NCBI GenBank assembly: GCA_038209745.1
Contig: JBBQXJ010000003.1
Coordinates: forward strand, 1-64,000
Source of the DNA: Verrucomicrobiota bacterium
GTDB taxonomy: Bacteria > Verrucomicrobiota > Verrucomicrobiia > Limisphaerales > CANJSG01
DNA: 64,000 bases
Direction of reading: 5' to 3'
The translations under genes were made by a program, and so were the position numbers. Below, piece by piece: positions 26,923 to 35,394 of this stretch (within the stretch, counting starts at the first letter, position 1; each line of letters opens with the position of its first letter). Under the pieces are notes generated by a model that did not search any database, was not told the DNA's origin, and was given only the letters and a program-made list of their open reading frames with translations.

Positions 26923-27417
26923 ATGATGACTCTGCGCCTCCTCTGGTCCGAAACACTCCGCACTTTCACCGTCACCGCTGTGTTCGCGGTCTACGGCATC
27001 GGTTCTGCCGGCTTGGCCGAAGACACGCCCAAGAAGGCGGGCGAGCCTTGGACCGCGCCGGGACGGGCGGCCCACAAGGAGAGCCCGGTCGCGGCCGACG
27101 CCAAGTCCCTCGCGGCGGGGAAGGAGCTCTACACGAGCGCCTGTTTCCCCTGCCATGGGACCACGGGGAAGGGAGACGGCCCCGCCGGCGCGTTTCTGGA
27201 GCGGGACGGCGCGCCGGTCCATCCGGGCAACCTGTCCGATCCCAAGATGTGGCAGCAGTCGGACGGATCCATCTTCTGGAAGATCAGCACGGGCAAGACT
27301 CCGATGCCTGCGTTCGAGGGGGCCTTCACCGAGGAGCAGCGTTGGCAGATCGTCGCCTACGTCCGCACGCTGGCCCCGAAGGAGGAGAAGGATTCGCAGC
27401 AACCCAAAAGCAAATGA
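26923..27417 (+). CDS. Periplasmic monoheme cytochrome c
   Basis: Signal peptide; CFPCHGTTGKGDG; distal Met in PMPAF; WQIVAYVRTL. Confidence 0.88.
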   Translation: MMTLRLLWSETLRTFTVTAVFAVYGIGSAGLAEDTPKKAGEPWTAPGRAAHKESPVAADAKSLAAGKELYTSACFPCHGTTGKGDGPAGAFLERDGAPVHPGNLSDPKMWQQSDGSIFWKISTGKTPMPAFEGAFTEEQRWQIVAYVRTLAPKEEKDSQQPKSK

Positions 27418-28757
27418 AGCCAATGAAATCCCGAAAAAGCATCGTAGCCGTCAGCCTTCTCGCCGCCGCCACGATGGGCATGGCGCAGGAGCAGGCGGAC
27501 AAGGAGGTCGTCACCATCCCGAAGGAGCAGTACCAGAAGCTGCTCGATGAACACCGGATGCTCGTCGAGGAGATGAAGGAGATGAAGGCCTTCAAGGCGA
27601 AGTTCGAAGAGTCGCGGGCCAAGGCCCTCACCCAACAGGCGGACACCGACCAGGCCCTCGACCAGTTGACCAAGGACACGCGGGACGCCAAGGCGCTGGC
27701 CAAGGAAGCGCTGCCGGGAACCTCCAAGCTCCTGCTGACCGGTTACGGGACTGCGGGCTTCAACTCGCAGGAGCGCGGCGGCGACCGGAAGTTCTACGCC
27801 ACGTTCAATCCCCTGCTGGTCTGGAAGCTGAGCGACAAGCTCCTATTCGAGGGCGAGTTCGAGGCTCAGCTGGAGGGTGGCGGCACCAGCCTCGCGTTGG
27901 AGATGGCGCAGCTTTCCTACGTCGCGAACGACTACGTGACCATCGGCGCCGGCAAGTTCCTGAATCCGATGAACTACTTCGTCGAACGCCAGCACATGGC
28001 GTGGGTCAACAAGCTGCCGGACAAGCCCCTCGCGGTCTATGACGGGCTGCTTCCGGAGACGCAGGTTGGAATGCAGGTCCGGGGCGGTGTGCCCGTCGGT
28101 TCGACGAAGTTCGGCTACGCCCTCTACGCGGCCAATGCCAGCGCCCTCAACGTCGACACCGGCACCTTTGCGCCCGAGGAGCTGGGCACCACGACGTTCG
28201 ACAACTTCGACAACGTGGGCCGGCACATCGCGGTCGGCGGCCGCATCGGGTTCCTCCCTTTTCCGGAGCTCGAGGTCGGCTACGGCTTCCAGTTCTCCGA
28301 CGTCGCTCCGCCGCAGAACGGCGACACCGTGAACGCCTTCCTGCAGTCCGTGGATCTGAGCTACGTCCGCGACTCCGCGACGCTCAAGGGCGTCGTCAAC
28401 TTCAAGGCCCAGTGGGCCTGGTCCCACATCGGCGGATTCGTCTACGATCCGGGTGCCGCGATCGGTGGACCCTTCGTCTTCGACAACAGCCGGAGCGGCG
28501 GCTACGTGCAGGTGGCCTATCGCCCGTCACGCGTGGAGGGCCCGGTCCTCAAGAACTTCGAACCGGTCTTCCGCTATGACATGCTGAACCAGGCCAAGAC
28601 GCCGACCGGCGTCGATGAAACCCGCTACACCCTCGGGCTGAACTACTGGCTCGGCCCCATGAGCGTGGTCAAGGCCGCCTATGTGTTCGACCAACAGAAC
28701 GGCCCCAACGCCGATCGGCGCAACACCGTCGAGCTGCAGTTCGCCACCGGATTCTGA
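27414..28757 (+). CDS. Outer-membrane beta-barrel porin with an N-terminal coiled coil
   Basis: Signal peptide, ~75-aa coiled coil, alternating aromatic beta strands, terminal Phe (QFATGF); ATGA overlap with the cytochrome gene. Confidence 0.8.
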   Translation: MKPMKSRKSIVAVSLLAAATMGMAQEQADKEVVTIPKEQYQKLLDEHRMLVEEMKEMKAFKAKFEESRAKALTQQADTDQALDQLTKDTRDAKALAKEALPGTSKLLLTGYGTAGFNSQERGGDRKFYATFNPLLVWKLSDKLLFEGEFEAQLEGGGTSLALEMAQLSYVANDYVTIGAGKFLNPMNYFVERQHMAWVNKLPDKPLAVYDGLLPETQVGMQVRGGVPVGSTKFGYALYAANASALNVDTGTFAPEELGTTTFDNFDNVGRHIAVGGRIGFLPFPELEVGYGFQFSDVAPPQNGDTVNAFLQSVDLSYVRDSATLKGVVNFKAQWAWSHIGGFVYDPGAAIGGPFVFDNSRSGGYVQVAYRPSRVEGPVLKNFEPVFRYDMLNQAKTPTGVDETRYTLGLNYWLGPMSVVKAAYVFDQQNGPNADRRNTVELQFATGF

Positions 28758-28775
28758 CAAGCAAAGGACACTCCA

Positions 28776-29081
28776 ATGAACCGCAAAATCAAACTGTCCG
28801 CCGCCATCGCGGCTCTCGCCCTCGCCGGAGCCGGATCCATCTTGGTCGGTTGTTCCACTCCCGGTGGAAAGGGTGCCGCCGCCACTCCGAAGTCCGCCTT
28901 GGTGGAACGGGGCGGTGCCGAGCTCTGGGCCGAGAACTGTGGCCACTGCCACAATAGCCGCTCCCTCGATTCCCTCAGCGACGCCCAATGGGAGGTCGCG
29001 GCAATGCACATGAGGGTGCGGGCCAACCTCACCGCGCAGGAACACGACAAGATCCTCGCCTTCCTCAAGTCCGCCAACTGA
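28776..29081 (+). CDS. Small monoheme cytochrome c lipoprotein
   Basis: Lipobox ILVGC; NCGHCH; WEVAAMHMRVRANLT. Confidence 0.85.
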   Translation: MNRKIKLSAAIAALALAGAGSILVGCSTPGGKGAAATPKSALVERGGAELWAENCGHCHNSRSLDSLSDAQWEVAAMHMRVRANLTAQEHDKILAFLKSAN

Positions 29082-29107
29082 GGTCCGGGACCGCCGCCGT
29101 CCACCCC

Positions 29108-29164
29108 TGGGGTCGGCAACCGCAGGTTTCACCTGCGGCTATTCATGGTCAGCCTCTTCGAGGC
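29108..29164. repeat. REP-like double-hairpin element
   Basis: CCGCAGGT-TTC-ACCTGCGG (29120..29138) followed by GCCTC-TTC-GAGGC; may also act as a terminator. Confidence 0.45.
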
Positions 29165-29215
29165 CGACCGGTTCAGCGGCCCGACGAACAGCTCGATCAG
29201 GTCAGGTTCGGGCAT
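29129..29215 (-). pseudogene. Truncated remnant, probably of a nucleotidyltransferase (MNT-like) gene
   Basis: MPEPDLIELFVGPLNR starts overlapping the upstream small gene, then runs into the hairpin element and stops after 28 aa. Confidence 0.45.
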
Positions 29216-29405
29216 GGCTGAAGATGCGGCGCACTTCTCCCTGAACCATCTCTTGGGTCCAGTCCGGATGCTGGTGGGTGAGGAATGCCGCCTTGTGCTG
29301 CCGCATGGTCCAATACAGCCGGTGCGCCGCCTGCCAACGCCGCTCCGGCGTCATCCGCCGGAAAATGGCGAACTGTTCGGGGCTGGTTTGTTCGTCGGGC
29401 AGCAC
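29202..29405 (-). CDS. Small hypothetical protein of the type found upstream of nucleotidyltransferase genes
   Basis: 67 aa; FRRMTPERRW...HPDWTQEMVQGEVRRIF pattern. Confidence 0.65.
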   Translation of the reverse strand: MLPDEQTSPEQFAIFRRMTPERRWQAAHRLYWTMRQHKAAFLTHQHPDWTQEMVQGEVRRIFSHART

Positions 29406-29511
29406 GGGTGGAACTTGGTCAATCCGATCACGCCGGGCAAGTCCTTCGCCTCAAATGGAGAACCGGTTTAGGCGGAAGTTGGGGCTGCGCAGCGACGTAG
29501 CCCCCGCCGGG

Positions 29512-29535
29512 GTAGGGCGGACCTGCCGGTCCGCC
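29512..29535 (+). repeat. GTAG-type REP-like palindrome
   Basis: GTAG GGCGGACC TGCC GGTCCGCC, a perfect 8-bp stem just past the alaS stop. Confidence 0.6.
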
Positions 29536-29547
29536 TTTGCGGCCGCA

Positions 29548-32500
29548 TCAGATCAGTGTCCGCACCTTGGCCAGGGCTTCGTCGAGTTTGGCGGCGTCTT
29601 TGCCGCCGCCGCGGGCGTTGTCGGGTCGGCCGCCGCCTTTGCCACCGACGATCGGGGCGATGGTCTGGATGATCTTCCCGGCTTGGGCCTGCTTGGTGAA
29701 TTCCGGCGTCACGGCGGCCACGAGGGACACGGCTACATCCGAACCGCCGCCGAGGACGATCACGCCCTGGAACCGGCTCTTGAGCGCATCGACCACAGCT
29801 TGGAGGAAGTCGCCGTCGGTGTCGCCGAGGTTGTGCACGATGAGGGGCACGCCGTTCACGGTCTGGGCGCGGCCGAGCAGTTCGCTGGCCGCGTTCGAGG
29901 CGTTGCGGGCGATGGCGGTCTTGAGTTGGCGTTCCAGTTCCTTCTGCTGGGCGAGCAAGGCGTCGAGCTTCTTCTCCAATTCGCCGACGGGCGCGCCGAT
30001 CTTGCCGGCAACGGTGCGGATGAGTTCGAGGTCGTGCTTCGCGGAGGCGTAGGCGCTGAGGCCGGCGACGGCTTCGATGCGGCGGACGCCGGCGGCGACG
30101 GCCGCCTCGCTGACGATGCGGAAGAGGCCGATCTCGCCGGTGGAGCGGGTGTGGGTGCCGCCGCAAAGCTCCATCGAATACCCATCCAGCGCTTGCGCAC
30201 GGCCACCTATTTGAACCACTCGCACCACATCTCCATACTTGTCGCCGAAGAACTGCATCACCTTCGGATTTCCCTTCACCTCGGAATGCGGGACCTCGAA
30301 CCATGACACCGGCTCGTTCTCCAAAATCTTCTCGTTAACCTTCAGCTCAATTTCGGCGACCTGCGCGTGGCTGAGGGGCGCGCTGTTGAAGTCGAAGGTG
30401 AGCTTCTCGGGCGTGACGTTGGAACCCTTCTGCGAAACCTCGCGGCTGGCCACTTCGTGAAGTGCCCAGTGGAGCAGATGCGTGACGGTGTGGTGGCGCT
30501 GGATGGCGGCGCGGCGGGCGGCATCGAACTGGACCGTGACGTGGGAACCAACGGCCGGGGCATCGCCGCCTTCGATGAAGTGCAGGACGGTGTTGCCGGA
30601 CTTCTGGGTGTTGACGACGCGCCAAAGCTGGCCGGAACCGGAGAGCTCGCCGGTGTCGCCGACCTGGCCGCCCATCTCGGCGTAGCAGACGGAGTTGTTC
30701 AGCACGACGACGGTCTTGTCCTTGAGCTGGACGACTTCCTGGACGTCGGCGCCGGTGTGGGTGTGGTCGAAGCCGAGGAAGTGGGTGGGCGTCTTGGTCT
30801 CGATCTGGGAAAGCTCGATGACCTGCTTCTTCTGGGCGGCGCGGGCACGGGCGCGCTGTTCGTCCATCAACTTCTCGAAGCCTTCCTTGTCCACCGTCAG
30901 GCCGCGTTCGCGGGCCATCAACTCGGTGAGGTCGAATGGGAAGCCAAAGGTGTCGTAAAGCTCAAATGCTTCTTTGCCGTTTATCCGATTCAAGACCAGC
31001 GTTTGCGCTTGCTCTGAAAAGAGTCTCAACCGGGCCAAGTGCCCTAGGGCGGCAACATAATTCTTTGCTCTGGCCGACTGAAGCAGACCAACCGCTTCGT
31101 CCTGCAGAAAAATGTCCCCTTCAATGATTCTGTGCCTAGCGTCTCCGGAGCACGCACTTTGGAAAAACTTTTCCACCTCAGTTAATTGAGTTTCTGTGAA
31201 AGCTTTTCTAACTAAGTTGGCTTCCCATTCGACAGGCATCTTGTTGATCGATTCGATCGCCAGTTTAAAAACGCCGAAACCTTCAATTAGCTCTTCGAAT
31301 CGGCGAATTCCCTTATCCAACGTCTTGTTGAACGACTCTTCCTCCAGCTTGAGCACGTCTTTCACCTGCTGCTGCTTGGCGCGGATCTCGGGGAAGACGT
31401 CGCCCATCGTCCGGGCGAGCACGTCCACCAGCTTGTAGAAAAAGGGTTCGTGGAACCCGAGGGTGCGGCCGTAGCGGACGGCGCGGCGCAGGATGCGGCG
31501 GAGGACGTAGTTGCGGTCGGTGTTGCCGGGCTGGATGCCGTCGGCAATGGCGAAGCTGAGGGTGCGGATATGGTCGGCAATGACGCGGAAGGCAATGTCG
31601 AGCTGGACCTGTTCTTTGGTGGCCGTAGTCGTGGCACCGGCAGAGTCACTAGCCACATCGTCGCCGGGCAGGGTGCTGCCGTATTTCTTGCCGCTCATCT
31701 TCTCCAGCTCGTCGAAGATGGGACGGAAGATGTCGGTCTCGTAGTTGGAGATCTTGGCGTTCTGGAAGTCGGTCAGGCCCTTCGTTCCCTGGAGGATGCT
31801 GGTGACGCGCTCGAAGCCCATGCCGGTATCGACGTGCTGGGCGGGGAGCGGGCTGAAGGTGCCGTCGGGGTTGGCGTTGTATTGGATGAAGACGTTGTTC
31901 CAGATCTCGATGCAGCGGGCGTCGGAGCCGTTGACGAGGAGGGCGCCGGATTTCTGGGTGTCCAGATCGGTCTGCACGGGGCCGGGGCGGAGGTCGACGT
32001 GCACCTCGGTGCAAGGACCGCAGGGGCCGGTCTCGCCCATCATCCAGAAATTGTCCTTCTTGTTGCCGTTGACGATGTGGACGTCGGGATCGAGGCCGAC
32101 GGAGCGGAACTTCGCGGCCCAGAGATCCCAGGCCTCCTGGTCGCGGTCGGCGGGATCGTTCTTCGACTTGTCGGGCTGGTAGATGGTGGCGTAGAGGCGG
32201 TGCGGGGGAAATTTCCAGACTTCGACGACCAGTTCCCAGGCCCAGCCGATGGCCTCGGGCTTGAAGTAGTCGCCGAAGGACCAGTTGCCCAGCATCTCGA
32301 AGAAAGTGTGGTGGTAGGTGTCGAGGCCGACGTCGTCGAGGTCGTTGTGTTTGCCGCCGGCGCGGATGCACTTCTGGGTATCGGCGGCGCGACCCGGGGA
32401 ATAGGGGCAGGCCGTCTCGCCGAGGAAGATGGGGACGAACTGGTTCATGCCGGCGTTGGTGAACAGCAGGTTGGGGCTGTCCGGCAGGAGGGAGGAGCTG

Positions 32501-32571
32501 GGGACGATGGTGTGTTGCTTCGACTTGAAGAAGTCGAGGAACGACTGGCGGATCTGGGTGCTGGTCATCAT
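29548..32571 (-). CDS. alaS: Alanine--tRNA ligase carrying a ~90-aa internal insertion
   Basis: LLFTNAGMNQF, TQKCIRAGGKHND, TFFEMLGNWSFGDYFK, DTGMGFER, LYDTFGFP, HTVTHLLH, ELCGGTH, GGKGGGRP. Confidence 0.97.
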   Translation of the reverse strand: MMTSTQIRQSFLDFFKSKQHTIVPSSSLLPDSPNLLFTNAGMNQFVPIFLGETACPYSPGRAADTQKCIRAGGKHNDLDDVGLDTYHHTFFEMLGNWSFGDYFKPEAIGWAWELVVEVWKFPPHRLYATIYQPDKSKNDPADRDQEAWDLWAAKFRSVGLDPDVHIVNGNKKDNFWMMGETGPCGPCTEVHVDLRPGPVQTDLDTQKSGALLVNGSDARCIEIWNNVFIQYNANPDGTFSPLPAQHVDTGMGFERVTSILQGTKGLTDFQNAKISNYETDIFRPIFDELEKMSGKKYGSTLPGDDVASDSAGATTTATKEQVQLDIAFRVIADHIRTLSFAIADGIQPGNTDRNYVLRRILRRAVRYGRTLGFHEPFFYKLVDVLARTMGDVFPEIRAKQQQVKDVLKLEEESFNKTLDKGIRRFEELIEGFGVFKLAIESINKMPVEWEANLVRKAFTETQLTEVEKFFQSACSGDARHRIIEGDIFLQDEAVGLLQSARAKNYVAALGHLARLRLFSEQAQTLVLNRINGKEAFELYDTFGFPFDLTELMARERGLTVDKEGFEKLMDEQRARARAAQKKQVIELSQIETKTPTHFLGFDHTHTGADVQEVVQLKDKTVVVLNNSVCYAEMGGQVGDTGELSGSGQLWRVVNTQKSGNTVLHFIEGGDAPAVGSHVTVQFDAARRAAIQRHHTVTHLLHWALHEVASREVSQKGSNVTPEKLTFDFNSAPLSHAQVAEIELKVNEKILENEPVSWFEVPHSEVKGNPKVMQFFGDKYGDVVRVVQIGGRAQALDGYSMELCGGTHTRSTGEIGLFRIVSEAAVAAGVRRIEAVAGLSAYASAKHDLELIRTVAGKIGAPVGELEKKLDALLAQQKELERQLKTAIARNASNAASELLGRAQTVNGVPLIVHNLGDTDGDFLQAVVDALKSRFQGVIVLGGGSDVAVSLVAAVTPEFTKQAQAGKIIQTIAPIVGGKGGGRPDNARGGGKDAAKLDEALAKVRTLI

Positions 32572-32594
32572 GGAACTGGAAAGCGGGTTGTTGG

Positions 32595-32671
32595 CCGTAG
32601 CCGCCGGGGTCGGGAGGCGGTCCGGAAGGACGCTAAGCCCGAGGTCCGCCTCCCGACCCCGGCGGCTACGG
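32595..32671. repeat. REPIN-like inverted repeat (GTAG class) with 26-bp perfect arms
   Basis: CCGTAGCCGCCGGGGTCGGGAGGCGG (32595..32620) and its exact reverse complement (32646..32671). Confidence 0.85.
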
Positions 32672-32757
32672 AAACGGGAGATAGACGCTAGTCAGCCGGG
32701 AAATGGCAGGCGAGAGGGAAGTTGGCGCGCCGAGTTCAATCCTGATTTTCAGACTCT

Positions 32758-32796
32758 TAGACAAAATATAGACAAAACATAAACAAGAATTTGACT
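32758..32796 (+). promoter_or_regulatory. Putative CarH/LitR-type operator (11-bp direct repeats, TnnACA)
   Basis: TAGACA 32758, TAGACA 32769, TAAACA 32780 and TTGACT 32791, exactly 11-bp period, in an AT-rich island upstream of the fasciclin gene. Confidence 0.65.
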
Positions 32797-32887
32797 CTTC
32801 GATTTTGCCAACAATGTTCTGTCCCTAAGAAGCAGCGGATTATCCGGCTGCATCGGAACGAAAAACCTAACCCTCAGGAACTGCACT

Positions 32888-33370
32888 ATGAAAATGATTC
32901 GCACTCTCGGATTTGCCGCCCTCGCCGCTTTCGCCCTCGCCTCCGCTCCGTTCAAGGCCTCCGCCGCAGACATCGTGGCCGTGGCTTCGGCCAACGGAAG
33001 CTTCAAGACCCTCGTGGCCGCCGTGAAGGCCGCCGGGCTCGTCGAGACGCTCCAAGGCAAGGGACCGTTCACGGTCTTCGCCCCGACCGATGCCGCCTTT
33101 GCCAAGCTGCCCGCCGGCACGGTGGAATCGCTGCTGAAGCCGGAGAACAAAGAGAAGCTGGTCGCGATTCTCACCTACCACGTCGTGGCCGGGAAGGTAA
33201 TGGCTGCCGACGTGAAGAGCGGCATGGTCAAGACCGTGAACGGCAAGGAACTCGATGTGAAGGTTTCGGACGGTAAGGTGACGGTGGACGGCGCCAAAGT
33301 GACCATGGCCGACGTGGCCGCGAGCAACGGGGTGATCCACGTGATCGACACGGTCCTCATGCCCGAATAA
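32888..33370 (+). CDS. Fasciclin (FAS1) domain protein
   Basis: Signal peptide; [44 protein letters not shown]. Confidence 0.95.
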   Translation: MKMIRTLGFAALAAFALASAPFKASAADIVAVASANGSFKTLVAAVKAAGLVETLQGKGPFTVFAPTDAAFAKLPAGTVESLLKPENKEKLVAILTYHVVAGKVMAADVKSGMVKTVNGKELDVKVSDGKVTVDGAKVTMADVAASNGVIHVIDTVLMPE

Positions 33371-33387
33371 TTGATCGATCTCATCGA

Positions 33388-33422
33388 AGCCGGGAGGCAG
33401 GCGTCTGTCTCCCGGCTGTTTT
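33388..33422 (+). terminator. Rho-independent terminator after the fasciclin gene
   Basis: AGCCGGGAGGCAG/CTGTCTCCCGGCT stem followed by GTTTT. Confidence 0.75.
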
Positions 33423-33573
33423 GTTGTTGGATGCCGGGTCCGGATCAGAAGCCGATGATCCAGCAGGAGGCGGAGGACGGTGGCGGGTTTGACGAGATCT
33501 TGATCGCGAAATGGGGGCGGTGGCCTAGATGTGATGTTCCAAGGGGTTGTTCATGGGGAGGGGGAGTTCCCCG

Positions 33574-35394
33574 CTAGTGGGTTCCGCGGCGGCTTCGGGC
33601 ACGGCGGAGTTCCGCGAGGGCGTCGCTCGCGAGGGCATCGGCCGGGTTCAGTCGAAGCGCGGTTTCAAAGTGGGATTGCGCGCCGTCTAGATCGCCTTGT
33701 TCCGCCAGGATGAAGCCGAGGTTGCCGTGCGATTTTCCGTCGGTCGGATCGAGCTGGAGGGCGGTTTCGAATTCGGACCTGGCTTCGAGGCCGCGGTTCG
33801 TCTGCCGAAACACGAGCCCGAGAAAATAGTGGGCGCGGGCGTAGGCCGGCTGGGCTTCGATGGCGGCGCGGAACTGGCGCTCGGCTTCGTCCGGCTTTTT
33901 TTGACTCAAAAGGATGACACCGAGATCGACCCGCGCCTTGGCGTCGTCCGGGTTTTTGCGGAGGGCGTCTTCCTTCGACTCGCGAAAATGCACCGCGAAC
34001 TTGGTCTCGTAGGCGGTGGCGAGCCGCGGGAGATCGGCTCGGTTGAGAGGGACCAATTGGAACCAGAGCTCGGCCATCTCGTCGGTCGACTGCGGGCCGT
34101 AGGAGACGGGCTTCGGCGGGTGGTTGGGATTGCGGGGATTTTGGGTCGAGTTGTCGTAGGTGTAGCGCATCGACAGGACGGAACCCTTGGGCAGAAAGAC
34201 GGGCACCGCGTAGCGGTAGTCGCCTTGCCAGTTGAAGTCCCACTGCTTGATGAAGAGGAGCCACTTCTTCGAGCCGTCCGGCAGGGTGGCCCAGCCCTTC
34301 ATCTCCTTGGCCAAGTAGTGCGCGTGGGGCAGGACGGCGAGGACTTCGACGTCGGTCGGGAGCTCGAACCTGTCCTCGACCACGTAGTCGCGTTCACCGG
34401 CGGGGATGTCGAGACGGAGCGACGTGAGGGCGATCTTGAAGCAGGTGTTGGTCGGCGGTTCGTCCGTGAAATAGAGACCCACGCTCGGCTGCACCCGCTC
34501 GGGCTTGCCGCTTGGATTCAGGTGCATCTCCACGACGAGGTCGTCTCCAGGATTGAGCCGCCAGGGCAGTCCCGGCGGACCGAACGCCGGCAACCGCCCG
34601 GGCTGCCACCCGAGGAACTGGCCGTCGGGCATCGTGGCCTGGGAATCCATTCCGCCGAATCCGGGACCGGGCTCTTCGGCGTCGAGCCGCCGCGACTGGC
34701 CGTCCGAGTTCACCTTGACGAAGGCATGGTGGACGACACGCGGATTGCCCGGGCGCAGGGCGACACCCTTGACGAAGCGAGGGGTCGTGACGGTCGAAGG
34801 GACGACGAAGTTGCGATACACGTCGCGGCCTTCCGCCGGCAGTTCGTAGGGCTCGGCCATCGTCAGGACGAGATCGGGTTCGCCCAGATGCCAGTCGCTC
34901 GGCCATGTGGGCGCGGCGGGCAGATCGGAAGCGACGCCCTCGGCGGCGCCTTCGGAGATCCACTGCTGGATCTTGCCCAGATCGTCGGTGCTCAAGCGCC
35001 GTTCACCGACGAAGTTGCCGTAGCCGTGCTCGGGCAGCCAGGGCGGCATGTAGCGGTCGGCGGTGACGGTGGCGATGTCCTTGGCGTGTTTCTTGACCGC
35101 CGCGTAGTCGAGCAGCGGGAACGGTGCGGACTGGCCGGGGCGATGGCACTCCGCGCAGTTCCGGAAGACGATCGGCGCGATGTCCTTGTCGAAGGTGAGC
35201 TGCCCGACCGGGCGTGGAACGTAGACGGCGAACGGCGGCGTCTGCGGCCGCTGCATCCAGGCGTAGGCGACGGCGGCGCCCATGATGCCGAACCCGACCA
35301 ACCAGCGGACGAGGCGAGTTCCGGCGGTCTCCGGCTCCGGAGGCGGCATCAGATTCTTCGGGGCGGGCTTCGACTTGTTCGGCTTCTTCTTCAT
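33574..35394 (-). CDS. Membrane-anchored cytochrome c / copper type II monooxygenase-like / TPR fusion
   Basis: TM helix; CAECH plus MPPW; VVHHA, PHAHYL, WDFNWQ and DEMA (PHM/DBH-like Cu ligands); C-terminal TPRs; start ATG 35394. Confidence 0.82.
   Translation of the reverse strand: MKKKPNKSKPAPKNLMPPPEPETAGTRLVRWLVGFGIMGAAVAYAWMQRPQTPPFAVYVPRPVGQLTFDKDIAPIVFRNCAECHRPGQSAPFPLLDYAAVKKHAKDIATVTADRYMPPWLPEHGYGNFVGERRLSTDDLGKIQQWISEGAAEGVASDLPAAPTWPSDWHLGEPDLVLTMAEPYELPAEGRDVYRNFVVPSTVTTPRFVKGVALRPGNPRVVHHAFVKVNSDGQSRRLDAEEPGPGFGGMDSQATMPDGQFLGWQPGRLPAFGPPGLPWRLNPGDDLVVEMHLNPSGKPERVQPSVGLYFTDEPPTNTCFKIALTSLRLDIPAGERDYVVEDRFELPTDVEVLAVLPHAHYLAKEMKGWATLPDGSKKWLLFIKQWDFNWQGDYRYAVPVFLPKGSVLSMRYTYDNSTQNPRNPNHPPKPVSYGPQSTDEMAELWFQLVPLNRADLPRLATAYETKFAVHFRESKEDALRKNPDDAKARVDLGVILLSQKKPDEAERQFRAAIEAQPAYARAHYFLGLVFRQTNRGLEARSEFETALQLDPTDGKSHGNLGFILAEQGDLDGAQSHFETALRLNPADALASDALAELRRARSRRGTH

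Noticed and set aside
30935..31320. alaS insert as an intein or intron
   Set aside because: No splice-junction residues, no homing-endonuclease motif, and the frame is open without stops.
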